Shown here: positions 17,385 through 26,999 of the stretch, piece by piece
How the letters are laid out: each line of letters starts with the position of its first letter
How positions within the stretch are numbered: position 1 is the stretch's first letter
IMG/VR virus record: IMGVR_UViG_3300011242_000002
Coordinates: 160,001 to 224,000 of that record
Source: a virus
Lineage: Duplodnaviria > Caudoviricetes
Strand: one strand, 5' to 3'
Length of the DNA: 64,000 nt
Notes under the pieces: generated by a model
Seen by the model: the letters and a program-made list of their open reading frames with translations, nothing else
Databases searched by the model: none
What the model was told of the DNA's origin: nothing
Made by a program: the position numbers and the translations under genes

Positions 17385-17421
17385 GTTAAAAGCCAAATGC
17401 ATAATGCAGTTAATTTCAAAT

Positions 17422-17437
17422 CTATATTACCGCAGTG
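17422..17437 (+). promoter_or_regulatory. phiKZ-type early promoter
   Basis: CTATATTAC-CGCAG-TG with upstream TTTCAA. Confidence 0.75.
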
Positions 17438-17480
17438 ATAGATGTAAATAAACCCCCTTCTTCGTTCAGGAGATACCGCT

Positions 17481-17708
17481 ATGTTAATCCATTTTCTGCT
17501 GTACGGTTTTATGTTAAGCATGCTCGGCCTGGTAGGTATCCCATTGTTTGTGATGTACCGTCAAGTACTGGCCAAGCGCTACAACGTCAAACGCATTCAA
17601 CGTCTGTTGGCTGAGTACAGCCACAATGATGAATTACACACTTACGCGAAAGCCGAACTGGCTGACGCCAAGAAACGCCCGTTCTGGAAATGGAACATCC
17701 ACGCCTAA
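17481..17708 (+). CDS. small membrane protein
   Basis: N-terminal hydrophobic helix; AGGAG RBS. Confidence 0.7.
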   Translation: MLIHFLLYGFMLSMLGLVGIPLFVMYRQVLAKRYNVKRIQRLLAEYSHNDELHTYAKAELADAKKRPFWKWNIHA

Positions 17709-17719
17709 GGAGTACACCC

Positions 17720-17926
17720 ATGTTTATTAAAGTCACTAACGATACTAGCGATAACGTCGCCCGCATTATGGCCAAGCAGGTTACGACCTGGGAGTACATG
17801 GACAGCAACCGGATGCGGGTGTTTACCACCGATGGCCATCAAATGGATATCAAGTGTGATATCGATAATTTTGATGACGCTATCCACCGTGCACTGAACG
17901 GTGAAGTCGTGGACATCACTTACTAA
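17720..17926 (+). CDS. hypothetical protein
   Basis: AAGGAG RBS before ATG 17720. Confidence 0.7.
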   Translation: MFIKVTNDTSDNVARIMAKQVTTWEYMDSNRMRVFTTDGHQMDIKCDIDNFDDAIHRALNGEVVDITY

Positions 17927-17977
17927 CCCACAATTACCGATCTGCAATCTAACCCTTAACCTGTTGGAGTATTAAAA

Positions 17978-18358
17978 ATGGCTTTAAGCAAGAAATCCCT
18001 GAAACGTCGCAACTGTCGCAACTACATTAACAAAACACCATACTTGTTAGTTCTCTCAGCAGTGCTGCGTATGAATGAAGCAGCTAAAGCATATAACTTA
18101 ACGGCTCAACAGGGTCTTAGCAGTAAACACCATCCAGAACAGGCTTTCCGTGATGCAGTTAGACTGCGCCGTGCGGGGTTGTGGGATGAGTACAGTAAAG
18201 CAAAAACAGAGCTCCACAAGTACCGTCGTAAGTACGGGACTGAGTTCACCAAAAAGATTGCTCTTAGTGTTGACATTGCGGCCGCACGTAATCTGGAAGC
18301 TAATCGGATTGGTTTGAATAAACCCGGCTGGATACGCAAGAAGATTACCAATGTGTAA
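17978..18358 (+). CDS. highly basic hypothetical protein
   Basis: K/R-rich, GGAG RBS. Confidence 0.7.
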   Translation: MALSKKSLKRRNCRNYINKTPYLLVLSAVLRMNEAAKAYNLTAQQGLSSKHHPEQAFRDAVRLRRAGLWDEYSKAKTELHKYRRKYGTEFTKKIALSVDIAAARNLEANRIGLNKPGWIRKKITNV

Positions 18359-18423
18359 TTTCTAACTAATACAGCCATATGTCATGGCTATCTACGACCA
18401 ATAATTGTAAAAGGAGTTAGACC

Positions 18424-19014
18424 ATGACAACAATGGTAGTAAACCCTGAGCACCAAGAACAAGTAGACACCGCAGTTCAACGTTTAGCACACAAGCTCAG
18501 ACTGGAACTTAACCTTGACAAACCGGAGTATGAGGCAATCATGGAATCGAAAGAAGCGTTCTCACGTATTCGCCAACTTCTCATGGCAATGTGTGAACTG
18601 TACGCGCTCAAAGAAGAGCTGTGGCAGGAAGTGACCAGTCTGGGCGCTAACCTTACGACCGAGCGCATTGCTATTTTAGACAGCCGTCATCAGCCAATTA
18701 ATGAAACCATCTATCAGCGGATCATTGAGATCAACTACCTCACCCGCTACCTGAGCGCTGAGCAGTTAAATGACGTAGATGGTTACATTGATCAGATTCA
18801 ACCGCAGCTTCAGCGCTGCGTGCCGCGCATGAGCAAACCCACCCACCTTTTTGGGAGCCCGTATGACGACCCTCAAACCTGGTACCAGCCTTGCCGCTGC
18901 CAGCTTTCAACAGCTGTTGAACGCGCGGCGTCAGACGTTATCGCCGTCACTGCCGAAAGCTGGGCCGTCGCCCCAGACACAAAGCGTCGAACGCGTACTC
19001 CAAAGTTTGCTTGA
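18424..19014 (+). CDS. hypothetical protein
   Basis: AAGGAG RBS; helical. Confidence 0.7.
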   Translation: MTTMVVNPEHQEQVDTAVQRLAHKLRLELNLDKPEYEAIMESKEAFSRIRQLLMAMCELYALKEELWQEVTSLGANLTTERIAILDSRHQPINETIYQRIIEINYLTRYLSAEQLNDVDGYIDQIQPQLQRCVPRMSKPTHLFGSPYDDPQTWYQPCRCQLSTAVERAASDVIAVTAESWAVAPDTKRRTRTPKFA

Positions 19015-19064
19015 CCAACGCACCCTTAACCGTTCTGTATAACTTGACATGTGAGACCTAAATT

Positions 19065-19487
19065 ATGAAAAGCAAAGTAACCGTCGCCGTTGGCTATAAT
19101 CCCCTGACTAACCGCATGTGGGTCGCCAGCCAAATCATCGACCTGGTAAAGTCCGGCACTGCCGATATCTATGTCATCAATTCCGATGAACGTATTGCCG
19201 GTGACGTCTTGGCCACCGTACGCGAAATGACCAAGGACGACCTTGAGTACCAGCAACACATCAGTCAGCACAACATCCAGATCCACCCGATGTCGCCCGA
19301 GCAGATTGATGAGCTGGACGATGCTAAACCGGCTGGCCGAGGCGCTATTCTTGCCAACAGCATCTTCTCTATCCCGCTGCGCACATTGACCAAGCTGACC
19401 AAACACAACATGCCGGTGTATATCGGTTCCACCCCGGCGCAGCTGAAAGGCATCGAAGGCGAAGACGTGGATCTGCGTTTCCTGTAA
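19065..19487 (+). CDS. hypothetical protein
   Basis: 140 aa followed by terminator. Confidence 0.7.
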   Translation: MKSKVTVAVGYNPLTNRMWVASQIIDLVKSGTADIYVINSDERIAGDVLATVREMTKDDLEYQQHISQHNIQIHPMSPEQIDELDDAKPAGRGAILANSIFSIPLRTLTKLTKHNMPVYIGSTPAQLKGIEGEDVDLRFL

Positions 19488-19493
19488 TACCTT

Positions 19494-19521
19494 GGGCTCC
19501 TTCGGGAGCCTTTTCTTTTTT
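19494..19521 (+). terminator. classical intrinsic terminator
   Basis: GGCTCC-TTCG-GGAGCC then T-rich tail. Confidence 0.8.
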
Positions 19522-19536
19522 GCAAGGAGAACCCGT

Positions 19537-19824
19537 ATGTGTAAACTGTTTGAAGGTAAATGGGTCGTGGTCAGCGGTCTGTTCATTAACTTTGACCGTC
19601 ACCACCTCAAGAACGAGCTGTGTGCGCGTGGCGCCACGGTCTCAGCTCGCCTGGATCGACGCGTAGCCATGCTGATTGCCGGTGATGCCGCCGGACGTAA
19701 GGTAGCGGAAGCCGAGCACCTGGGCATTCGCATTGTCTATGAGAATGAACTCTTAACATTACTGGGTCGAGGTAACGATGATCAAGCTGATAAAGCGATG
19801 GATCACTACTCCCTCGCACCTTGA
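19537..19824 (+). CDS. stand-alone BRCT domain protein
   Basis: FEGKWVVVSG..FDR..L.ARGATVS..LIAGDAAGRK..AEHLGIRIV.E.ELL matches the LigA-type BRCT pattern. Confidence 0.85.
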   Translation: MCKLFEGKWVVVSGLFINFDRHHLKNELCARGATVSARLDRRVAMLIAGDAAGRKVAEAEHLGIRIVYENELLTLLGRGNDDQADKAMDHYSLAP

Positions 19825-20260
19825 AAGCGAGCTGCTGGCGCTGCGCAGCTGCAACGTGGAAACCGAACTGCCGCGCCTGGTGGTGGAAGACACTCACGCC
19901 TACATTGATAAACCCAAGAATAACCTTTACCCCACCATCGATTTTGTTATGGAGGATTATTACGCCAGTATCTTCAAATATGCACGAACCCTGGCAGTCC
20001 TTCGTTGCGACGTCGCCGATGTCTACCCAGATGGTTGCTCATCGCGTAGGGCCATTGCCCGCGGCATTCAGTTCTGGCACGACGATGGTCGGCAGTACAT
20101 CTACTGGGCGTGGCTTCACCCTGACCATAAAAAGAAAACCTTTGCGGCCGATCTGTTCGATGCGCTTGCGCGCCAAGGGCTTGATCGCCGCACCCTCGAT
20201 AACTTCCGCATTGATTACCGTGCCGGTCGTATCTATCAGCACCATTTACCGTTAAAATAA
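19778..20260 (+). CDS. hypothetical protein
   Basis: GAGG RBS; overlaps BRCT gene end. Confidence 0.6.
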   Translation: MIKLIKRWITTPSHLESELLALRSCNVETELPRLVVEDTHAYIDKPKNNLYPTIDFVMEDYYASIFKYARTLAVLRCDVADVYPDGCSSRRAIARGIQFWHDDGRQYIYWAWLHPDHKKKTFAADLFDALARQGLDRRTLDNFRIDYRAGRIYQHHLPLK

Positions 20261-20272
20261 AAAGGATGTATC

Positions 20273-20854
20273 ATGAGCGCACGTGACAACAAAACCCAGT
20301 CCTGGGATTTCAAGACCGCCACCATTGGCAGCCTGACGTTGGAGCTGAAGATTCCGCAAGACCCGACCCTGATGAACGATAAAGGGAAAGTGGATCTGTC
20401 GGTGGGTCGCATCCGTAACAAAGACGGTGTGTACATCACCGACAGCATTTATCTGCCGATTGCCGATCTGTCTAACCTCATCACCGGTGTGTTCAATAAC
20501 GTCGCACTGGGTCAGCCTATCACGGCTGGGTTAAACCGCGCAGAAGTGCACGCGGAACTGTCTGAAGCAATGAAGCTTCTGAACTACAACGGGGCTTCGC
20601 AGCTGCTGCAAAACACCGGGATGGGCGGCGAGTTTGAGTTTGCTGGTAACAAGGTCTCCTACCAACGCCAGGCTTTAGGTACCACGGTGGTGACGTCGTA
20701 TAATACCCAGCTCCTCGCCACTAAAGATACCAGCGTCCGTAATGGCACCTGGACTCTACTCACCACCGATATTGAGCACGTAGGCAAAGCCGAAGACGAG
20801 TATGCGGCGTACATGGCCGCATATGCAGGCGAAGCTACGGCTAAGGTTGACTGA
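20273..20854 (+). CDS. hypothetical protein
   Basis: AAGGA RBS; TGATG overlap. Confidence 0.75.
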   Translation: MSARDNKTQSWDFKTATIGSLTLELKIPQDPTLMNDKGKVDLSVGRIRNKDGVYITDSIYLPIADLSNLITGVFNNVALGQPITAGLNRAEVHAELSEAMKLLNYNGASQLLQNTGMGGEFEFAGNKVSYQRQALGTTVVTSYNTQLLATKDTSVRNGTWTLLTTDIEHVGKAEDEYAAYMAAYAGEATAKVD

Positions 20855-21522
20855 TGTCGGTGCTTGATGAAATCATGCCCGAGGATGAGCCGCATTCTCA
20901 GCCAAGCATCACCACCTTTGTCGACGGCGTGCCGACCTTTACCCCACGGGTAGTCGTTAAGCAGGTGTTGGATAATCTGGTGGTGGGTATCAGCAGCACG
21001 CCGGATATCACCAAAAGCCATTACACCGTGGGTGACGGGACCTTTGCCTACCACATGTTCTTTGCCCAGTCCGGCATGAGCCTGGTGGACGTGCTGGCCA
21101 TGGCGTACCGCAACGTGTTCATGTGGATTCGTCCTCAGGGGGTGAATAGCCTCTACTACGACGTCAACCCTAACCGTGATCTGGCCCTGGCCCACCTGAG
21201 TCAGGTGTTGTCGGATCTGGTGGGGTCGGATGCAAGCGAGCGGATGTATGCGGACTACCACGACGAGCGGCTGCTGGTGATTGATAAAGGCAGTGACGCC
21301 ACGTTGTACCAGATCACCCGCAGCTACGAGCGCAAGCACGATCGCCTCACGACAATGATCACCGGGTTGCCCGAGCGTTATGCGTCGCTGGCACCGGAGG
21401 AGATCTTTGAAGAAGGGGTGGTCTCCACGGTGCAGAAAACGCCGGCCTGGATTGACCCGGGTGATTTTATCCCGGGGGTGTGGACGGTGGATCCCAACGT
21501 GGACAGTGGCGAACAGTACTAA
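20854..21522 (+). CDS. hypothetical protein
   Basis: 222 aa, ends at bidirectional terminator. Confidence 0.75.
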   Translation: MSVLDEIMPEDEPHSQPSITTFVDGVPTFTPRVVVKQVLDNLVVGISSTPDITKSHYTVGDGTFAYHMFFAQSGMSLVDVLAMAYRNVFMWIRPQGVNSLYYDVNPNRDLALAHLSQVLSDLVGSDASERMYADYHDERLLVIDKGSDATLYQITRSYERKHDRLTTMITGLPERYASLAPEEIFEEGVVSTVQKTPAWIDPGDFIPGVWTVDPNVDSGEQY

Positions 21523-21577
21523 GCGGCATAAACAAGGCGCCTCCTCTCCGTAGGGAGAGGCAGGCGGCCTTTATGCG
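21523..21577. terminator. bidirectional terminator
   Basis: GCGGCATAA..CCTCTCC-GTAG-GGAGAGG..TTTATGCGG. Confidence 0.75.
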
Positions 21578-21589
21578 GTTCTTTTTTTT

Positions 21590-22438
21590 TTACCGTTTCG
21601 GTGTAGCCCGGCGAATTGCCCGGTAGCGACCCAGTCGGTTGTTGTAGGCGGCGACGCGCTGCCAGCGCTCACGCAGGAAGTCCTCGTAGTTCTGTGCCGC
21701 GTCCGAGTATTCCTGAATGACCTCACGGAACGCCCCCAGCTCCACACCACCCTGAATCTGTCCCTGGTCAAGCTTGATGCGCAGCTCTTTGTAGATGTAC
21801 GCCTTGCAGGCATAGCGGGCTAACTGGGAGAACTGCGGCCAGGAGTTGTTCTTGATGTTGTTGAGCTCCGCATCGTTGCTCAACCGGCAGCGCAGCGTCA
21901 GTTGATTGGTGACGATTTGGGTTTCGTAGATGGCAATGGTGTTAAAGCCGACCAACTCACAGTTCACCAGCTGAATCTCCACCGCCGGGGCATACGACTG
22001 CAGCATGGTGGTGGTCATCATGCCGATGGCACTGGTGTGAGAGTTCTGGTTAACCGAACCGGTGTAAGAACCAATCCCGGTTCCCGGTGAGCCGTACAAC
22101 GCATCCGGGTAGCCGTACATCACCGAGAGGATTTCGGTAATGCGCAGACCACGGGTTTTTTCCTGCCCTACGCGAAACACGGTGGTGTAGTTATCGGGCT
22201 TCCAGTACTCGGTGTCGTACAGCGGAATGATGACCTCTTCCCCGCCAAACAGGTCACAGTCCTTCAACACCTTGGCGTCAAAGATCTTGTTGCGGATCAC
22301 ATCGTTTAACGATGAGTTGTACACCTGTCGGGTGCCGGTGGTGCTGTACAGCTGACGGTCGCCAAGAAAAGCCGCTTTCAGTATCTCAAGCGGAATCTCA
22401 AACAGGATGTCGGCGATCGCATTATCGACTGCGCTCAT
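21590..22438 (-). CDS. conserved phiKZ-family protein, putative virion (neck-like) protein
   Basis: AAGGAG RBS on minus strand; EIPxEILxxAF N-terminus recalled from a core gene upstream of tubulin; late-gene strand. Confidence 0.55.
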   Translation of the reverse strand: MSAVDNAIADILFEIPLEILKAAFLGDRQLYSTTGTRQVYNSSLNDVIRNKIFDAKVLKDCDLFGGEEVIIPLYDTEYWKPDNYTTVFRVGQEKTRGLRITEILSVMYGYPDALYGSPGTGIGSYTGSVNQNSHTSAIGMMTTTMLQSYAPAVEIQLVNCELVGFNTIAIYETQIVTNQLTLRCRLSNDAELNNIKNNSWPQFSQLARYACKAYIYKELRIKLDQGQIQGGVELGAFREVIQEYSDAAQNYEDFLRERWQRVAAYNNRLGRYRAIRRATPKR

Positions 22439-22522
22439 GGGTGCTCCTTAGTAATGCGTAACTATGGCAACAATATATATGTTGCAGCTAACCTATCATA
22501 GAAATTTAACAGGAGTTTAGAC

Positions 22523-23509
22523 ATGAGCAAACGTGTAACCCGTATTTATGCCTGCGGCGGCGGCGCCATCAAGATCACTGCTGATTTGGTGGACTACGTC
22601 AACGTGCCCGGTTTTTCCGACACCAAGATCTCGCGTCTGGACACCTCGGACAAAAACCTGACCGCCAACATGACCCAGTCCTCGATCTTTGTCCTGGACG
22701 GGGCCGACGGTTCCGGCAAGCAGCGTGACCACAACTACAAGCCGGTCGTGGCCGCGATGAGCAAGATCCTGGCCCAGCATCAGCCGGAAGACTACAACAT
22801 CGTGGTCTTTACCGCGGGCGGTGGTTCCGGTTCGGTCATCGGTCCGGTGTTGGTTGGTGAGCTGTTGCAGCGTAAGGCCCCGGTCATCGCGCTGGTTATT
22901 GGTACTACCGGTGATGAAACCCAGGCACAGAACTCGGTGAACACCATCAAGTCGCTGGGTGGTATTCAGGCACAGCACAAACGTCCGGTGGTGTTCTCCT
23001 ACTTTGAAGTCAACCAGCACAACAGCCAGTCGGATGTTGACCAGCAGGTGCGCGGTGTACTGTCCGGGCTGTTGAACCTGCTGGACAGCGACAACACCAT
23101 CATCGACAACAAAGACATCGTCAACTTCCTCGACTGGACCAACGTGCGTAAAGAGATTCCCGCACAGCTGGTGTGTCTGGAAATGTACAGCGGCACCGAG
23201 ATCGACGAGCTGGCCGGTAAGGCACCGATTACCATGGCCTCGATCTACCCGAACGAAGAGCGCAGCTACCTGCCGGTCTCCCCTGCGTATTCGACCGACG
23301 GCGTGCGCAGTGAGAACAGCGTTCAGACCAACGCTGAGTTTGCCCAGCTGACCATGCACTACGTGATCCATGCCGGTCCGGTTACTCCAGCCCTGCGTGA
23401 GCTGGAAAAGACCCTGCAGCGCATCCGTGATACCCAGCGTGCGCAGTTTGAAACCAGCAACGTGGTCAGCGGCGATGACAGCGTCGAAAGCACCGGGATG
23501 GTACTTTAA
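22523..23509 (+). CDS. phuZ: phage tubulin PhuZ
   Basis: ACGGGAIKI, DGSGK, tubulin signature GGGSGSVIGP, IDNKD T7 loop, acidic C-tail ending GMVL. Confidence 0.93.
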   Translation: MSKRVTRIYACGGGAIKITADLVDYVNVPGFSDTKISRLDTSDKNLTANMTQSSIFVLDGADGSGKQRDHNYKPVVAAMSKILAQHQPEDYNIVVFTAGGGSGSVIGPVLVGELLQRKAPVIALVIGTTGDETQAQNSVNTIKSLGGIQAQHKRPVVFSYFEVNQHNSQSDVDQQVRGVLSGLLNLLDSDNTIIDNKDIVNFLDWTNVRKEIPAQLVCLEMYSGTEIDELAGKAPITMASIYPNEERSYLPVSPAYSTDGVRSENSVQTNAEFAQLTMHYVIHAGPVTPALRELEKTLQRIRDTQRAQFETSNVVSGDDSVESTGMVL

Positions 23510-23609
23510 CCGCTATTATATGTAACGTAAGCGGCTTGTCGAGTTATCCTTCTCGTTGAGTGCGGTCACAGCTTCTGGCTGGGGATGTGACCCGTTATCA
23601 TTGCGCTTT

Positions 23610-23643
23610 CCCCCGGGGCCGTGTGCTCCGGGGGCTTATGCCG
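23610..23643 (+). terminator. hairpin plus TTATGCCG flank
   Basis: CCCCCGGGGC-CGTGT-GCTCCGGGGG-CTTATGCCG. Confidence 0.7.
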
Positions 23644-23661
23644 CCTAAAATAATTTTGGTC

Positions 23662-23677
23662 CTACATTACCTCAGTG
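23662..23677 (+). promoter_or_regulatory. phiKZ-type early promoter
   Basis: CTACATTAC-CTCAG-TG. Confidence 0.75.
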
Positions 23678-23753
23678 TATTACCGTACATGAACGCCCTA
23701 TTAAGTAGGACGTAGTCCTTTATAATTGGGGTATCACAAGGGAGCCGAGCGCC

Positions 23754-25082
23754 GTGAACTTTAACACTAACACCTTCGTCATTTCCATTGGCGAGCACCT
23801 AAGCGCGATTGCCTATCAGGCACCGTGGATGAATGGCCAGCCGATTAACCATGCGCAGGCGTACCTGATTCTCTGTGCCGTACACGAAGAGTTGTTTAAC
23901 GAGATCTTCCCGTGGGCCAGAATTGACAATTCGTTACAAGACGCCATGATCAGCGTCTATCAGGGTTTCCAGGTACTGGTTCCACAACAGCCTCGCCTGT
24001 GGCGTCACAACGGCCGCGAGTGGCAGCTGACCACCAAGCCGACGCAACACATCATCCAGGTGCCGGTGGGTGGTGGATTACCAAACCAGCCGCAGCCTAA
24101 CGCAACCTACCACGTACACGGTGGCGTAACGTACGATCAATGCTTTAACCAGTTTATTGATGGTACGTTGAACACCGTACGTTGGGCACTGCGCTGCGAA
24201 CTTAACAAGTACCTGGGTACCCAGCGCGACTACGAGTGGTATTACGAATACGCCGGTAACGGCATTACCTACACCCGACAGGAGAAGGCGGTCATTACCT
24301 ATGCCAACGTTGAGCCGGAAAACGAAACCGAACTGGTGCAGCAGGAGATCAACCTGCAGCCCAAACCGGAACCCCTTACCCCAGCCTTCGTGATGATTAA
24401 CCTGGCGGAGAACGAAAGCCGCGGTGGGCAGGATCGTAGTACCGGGGAGGTGTTCCCGGATAAGTTCACGCCGTTACTCAACAGCCTGCCGGCGGTCATG
24501 AACCAGCTGTACCTGCAGGCAATGCAGTCGGGGCTGATGCGTGCCGATATTCTAATCCGCTTTGTCAACCCGGTGTTTCTGCGTGAGGTGTGTGATCGTA
24601 TCTTGGAGCTGACCCGTCATCTGCCGGTGAAGTTTACCGTGCGTTCTGAGCAGGTACCTCTGGGACATACCCCGGCGGTGGAAACCGTTCAGCGTGCCCT
24701 GCATCAGCGCTCCTTAGATCAGGTACAACATGAGGCCTTTGATCTGGCCGCCAAGCTTACCGTGATCCGTGATCGCATCGTGCGCCGTAACAACGTCACC
24801 GCACTTGACATTCGTGAGATCAACAGCCTGGAACCCGCGCTGCTTACCCAGACCGTGTTAAATGAGGAGTTGTATGTATCCGTGAACAATCGTGAACACT
24901 GGTATAAGTTCAGCGACCACAACCCGGCCGAGCTGCAGCACCCGGTGATTGGCCTGTGTCTGCTCCTCAGTAATCAGATTGACAGCTTAACCGGTTATAC
25001 CCCTCATCCAAGCCCCACTCCGACCTTCCAGGTTCGGGATGAAACGCAACCGATTGGGATAACCCCTCTTTATTGTAATTAA
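23754..25082 (+). CDS. hypothetical protein (between PhuZ and polymerase)
   Basis: 442 aa, GGAG RBS, GTG start. Confidence 0.75.
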   Translation: MNFNTNTFVISIGEHLSAIAYQAPWMNGQPINHAQAYLILCAVHEELFNEIFPWARIDNSLQDAMISVYQGFQVLVPQQPRLWRHNGREWQLTTKPTQHIIQVPVGGGLPNQPQPNATYHVHGGVTYDQCFNQFIDGTLNTVRWALRCELNKYLGTQRDYEWYYEYAGNGITYTRQEKAVITYANVEPENETELVQQEINLQPKPEPLTPAFVMINLAENESRGGQDRSTGEVFPDKFTPLLNSLPAVMNQLYLQAMQSGLMRADILIRFVNPVFLREVCDRILELTRHLPVKFTVRSEQVPLGHTPAVETVQRALHQRSLDQVQHEAFDLAAKLTVIRDRIVRRNNVTALDIREINSLEPALLTQTVLNEELYVSVNNREHWYKFSDHNPAELQHPVIGLCLLLSNQIDSLTGYTPHPSPTPTFQVRDETQPIGITPLYCN

Positions 25083-25092
25083 CGGAACCGCC

Positions 25093-25440
25093 ATGAATCT
25101 CTACATTGCCATGGAACCCACGTTGTGTCGTTGGTTCTCCCCGACCCAGCTCAACGATGCTATGCACCGCATGGCGTTCACCGATCTATTGCAGTACGTG
25201 GCTGAAACGGCAGTGGGGGAATCATCGGAGCTGGACGTGATTGGGCCATCGCTGTACCTGGTGGGTATCGGCATTCCTCGTGCACACGTTGACCATTTCG
25301 TTGCCGTGTGTGGGGAGGAAATTCGCCAGTTCTATCACCACAATACCCTGCCGGAGTGGCGGGCCTGGGGACGTCATCGGATTCAGATTGATGCACGTTA
25401 TGGTATCTTTATTCAGTTAGGAATCGACCCGTATGCTTGA
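25093..25440 (+). CDS. hypothetical protein
   Basis: Overlapping operon of small ORFs. Confidence 0.7.
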   Translation: MNLYIAMEPTLCRWFSPTQLNDAMHRMAFTDLLQYVAETAVGESSELDVIGPSLYLVGIGIPRAHVDHFVAVCGEEIRQFYHHNTLPEWRAWGRHRIQIDARYGIFIQLGIDPYA

Positions 25441-25789
25441 AACAAAAAGTGTCTGCGTGGTGGACTGTCGTGAATGGCTCAACCGCTATCGGTTTACCGA
25501 CGGTCATATGACAGAAGAGGACGCAGCAGCGGTACTGGTAGCGGCAACAACGCTGGCGGTGGATAACCTGTATGTTGACCCTATTCTCAGCTTTGATTCC
25601 CTGCTGGCGCCCTCTCGCGCCAGCGCCATGGCGCGAAGCATTAGCGTGCATATCAGCGATCGCTTCAGTGAAGCGTTAACCGAGATGCCAAACAGCGATG
25701 CCTATGAGGCCAAGGTCACTACCGAAAGTGAGGTGGATGGCGGGCTGGTAATTCTCACCCTCAGCGTAGCCGAGGCAGGTGACGCATGA
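25433..25789 (+). CDS. hypothetical protein
   Basis: Overlapping operon. Confidence 0.7.
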   Translation: MLETKSVCVVDCREWLNRYRFTDGHMTEEDAAAVLVAATTLAVDNLYVDPILSFDSLLAPSRASAMARSISVHISDRFSEALTEMPNSDAYEAKVTTESEVDGGLVILTLSVAEAGDA

Positions 25790-26202
25790 ACGATTTTGAC
25801 AACCACATCCCTAATCACCTGATCGTTAACCTGAACATGTTTTTCTGGGCTAACCCCAATAACATCATGGGAGTTTTCTCCCCCGCCAGCCTGTTCGAAG
25901 CCTACTGCCTGACGCTTTTGGATTCAGTAGGCAAGAGCGATTACGATTGGGGATCATTGATGGAGTGGGTGTCGGAAGAGCTGGATCCGAGTGTCGGCAG
26001 CAGGCCCGGCTATGAACAGCTGATGTCCGATGCCAACTTTATCATGAGCATGCAGCAGTCGGTGGTGGCAGGCTTCTCCAGCTTTATCACCGACAACCGG
26101 CATTTCGTGATGCACACGCTAGTCCCGGTGATTTACCAGGCGGACCTGGTAAAAGCGTATCAGGACGGCGTCCCGCACGTCGTGCGTTTGCAGTGTATAT
26201 GA
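25786..26202 (+). CDS. hypothetical protein
   Basis: ATGA overlap. Confidence 0.7.
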   Translation: MNDFDNHIPNHLIVNLNMFFWANPNNIMGVFSPASLFEAYCLTLLDSVGKSDYDWGSLMEWVSEELDPSVGSRPGYEQLMSDANFIMSMQQSVVAGFSSFITDNRHFVMHTLVPVIYQADLVKAYQDGVPHVVRLQCI

Positions 26203-26209
26203 GGTAGCT

Positions 26210-26584
26210 ATGACCGGACCCTGCCTGGTGCTGGATCTTAATCCCACCTGGTCATTATTGAGCAATGCGTATCTGACGTCACCCACCCGCCTGATTGGTC
26301 CTTTTGATCAATACCTGGTGTTGCTGGTTGATCTGTTCAAGGTCACCCATAACGACACCAGCGAGGAAGAGGTGTTGGTTGACAACTACATTAACGGTTC
26401 CTATCTACAGCTGACGCCGTCCGATCAAGAACAGGCACGCCTGGCGGTGCAAACCGGGCTGGATGTGATCGTGACCCTGGCACATATCTGGACGCAGTAC
26501 CCCGGCCAGGCCCGGCGTTGCGTATTGGACCTGCCCTCGCGTACGCTGCTGATTGAATTTGGAGGTGACTGTGGTCAAGCATGA
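26210..26584 (+). CDS. hypothetical protein
   Basis: GAGG RBS. Confidence 0.7.
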   Translation: MTGPCLVLDLNPTWSLLSNAYLTSPTRLIGPFDQYLVLLVDLFKVTHNDTSEEEVLVDNYINGSYLQLTPSDQEQARLAVQTGLDVIVTLAHIWTQYPGQARRCVLDLPSRTLLIEFGGDCGQA

Positions 26585-26999
26585 GCTACATACCGTAATC
26601 TTTACCCTGAGCTTTGAACGCTCGGAAGCGGTTTACGCGCAGGTGCGCAGTCGTCTGCTGTCCGTGGGTGATATCCCCATTAACCTGCTGGTCTATATGG
26701 CATTAAACCAGCTGACCATTGGTCAAACAATCTCCCCGGCCCTGACCAAAAACATCGAGCAGCTGTGTAGCGAACACCTGCCTAACTACAACTACGAGCA
26801 CCATCAACAGATCATTGCAACCTGTGAAGCGATTGCCGCGCTACTCTACAACGACTACCGACTGGCTATGGATGCCGCGCATCTGCCGATGCCGGCCAAG
26901 CTTGTCAGCGTGGAGTACGGTGGGTCGTCGGTGGCAATGGTGTTCGATTGCCTGGACGACCAAACATGCAGCTGGTCATATACGACTTTGCCCCAGTAG
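26571..26999 (+). CDS. hypothetical protein
   Basis: GGAGG RBS before GTG 26571. Confidence 0.7.
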   Translation: MVKHELHTVIFTLSFERSEAVYAQVRSRLLSVGDIPINLLVYMALNQLTIGQTISPALTKNIEQLCSEHLPNYNYEHHQQIIATCEAIAALLYNDYRLAMDAAHLPMPAKLVSVEYGGSSVAMVFDCLDDQTCSWSYTTLPQ

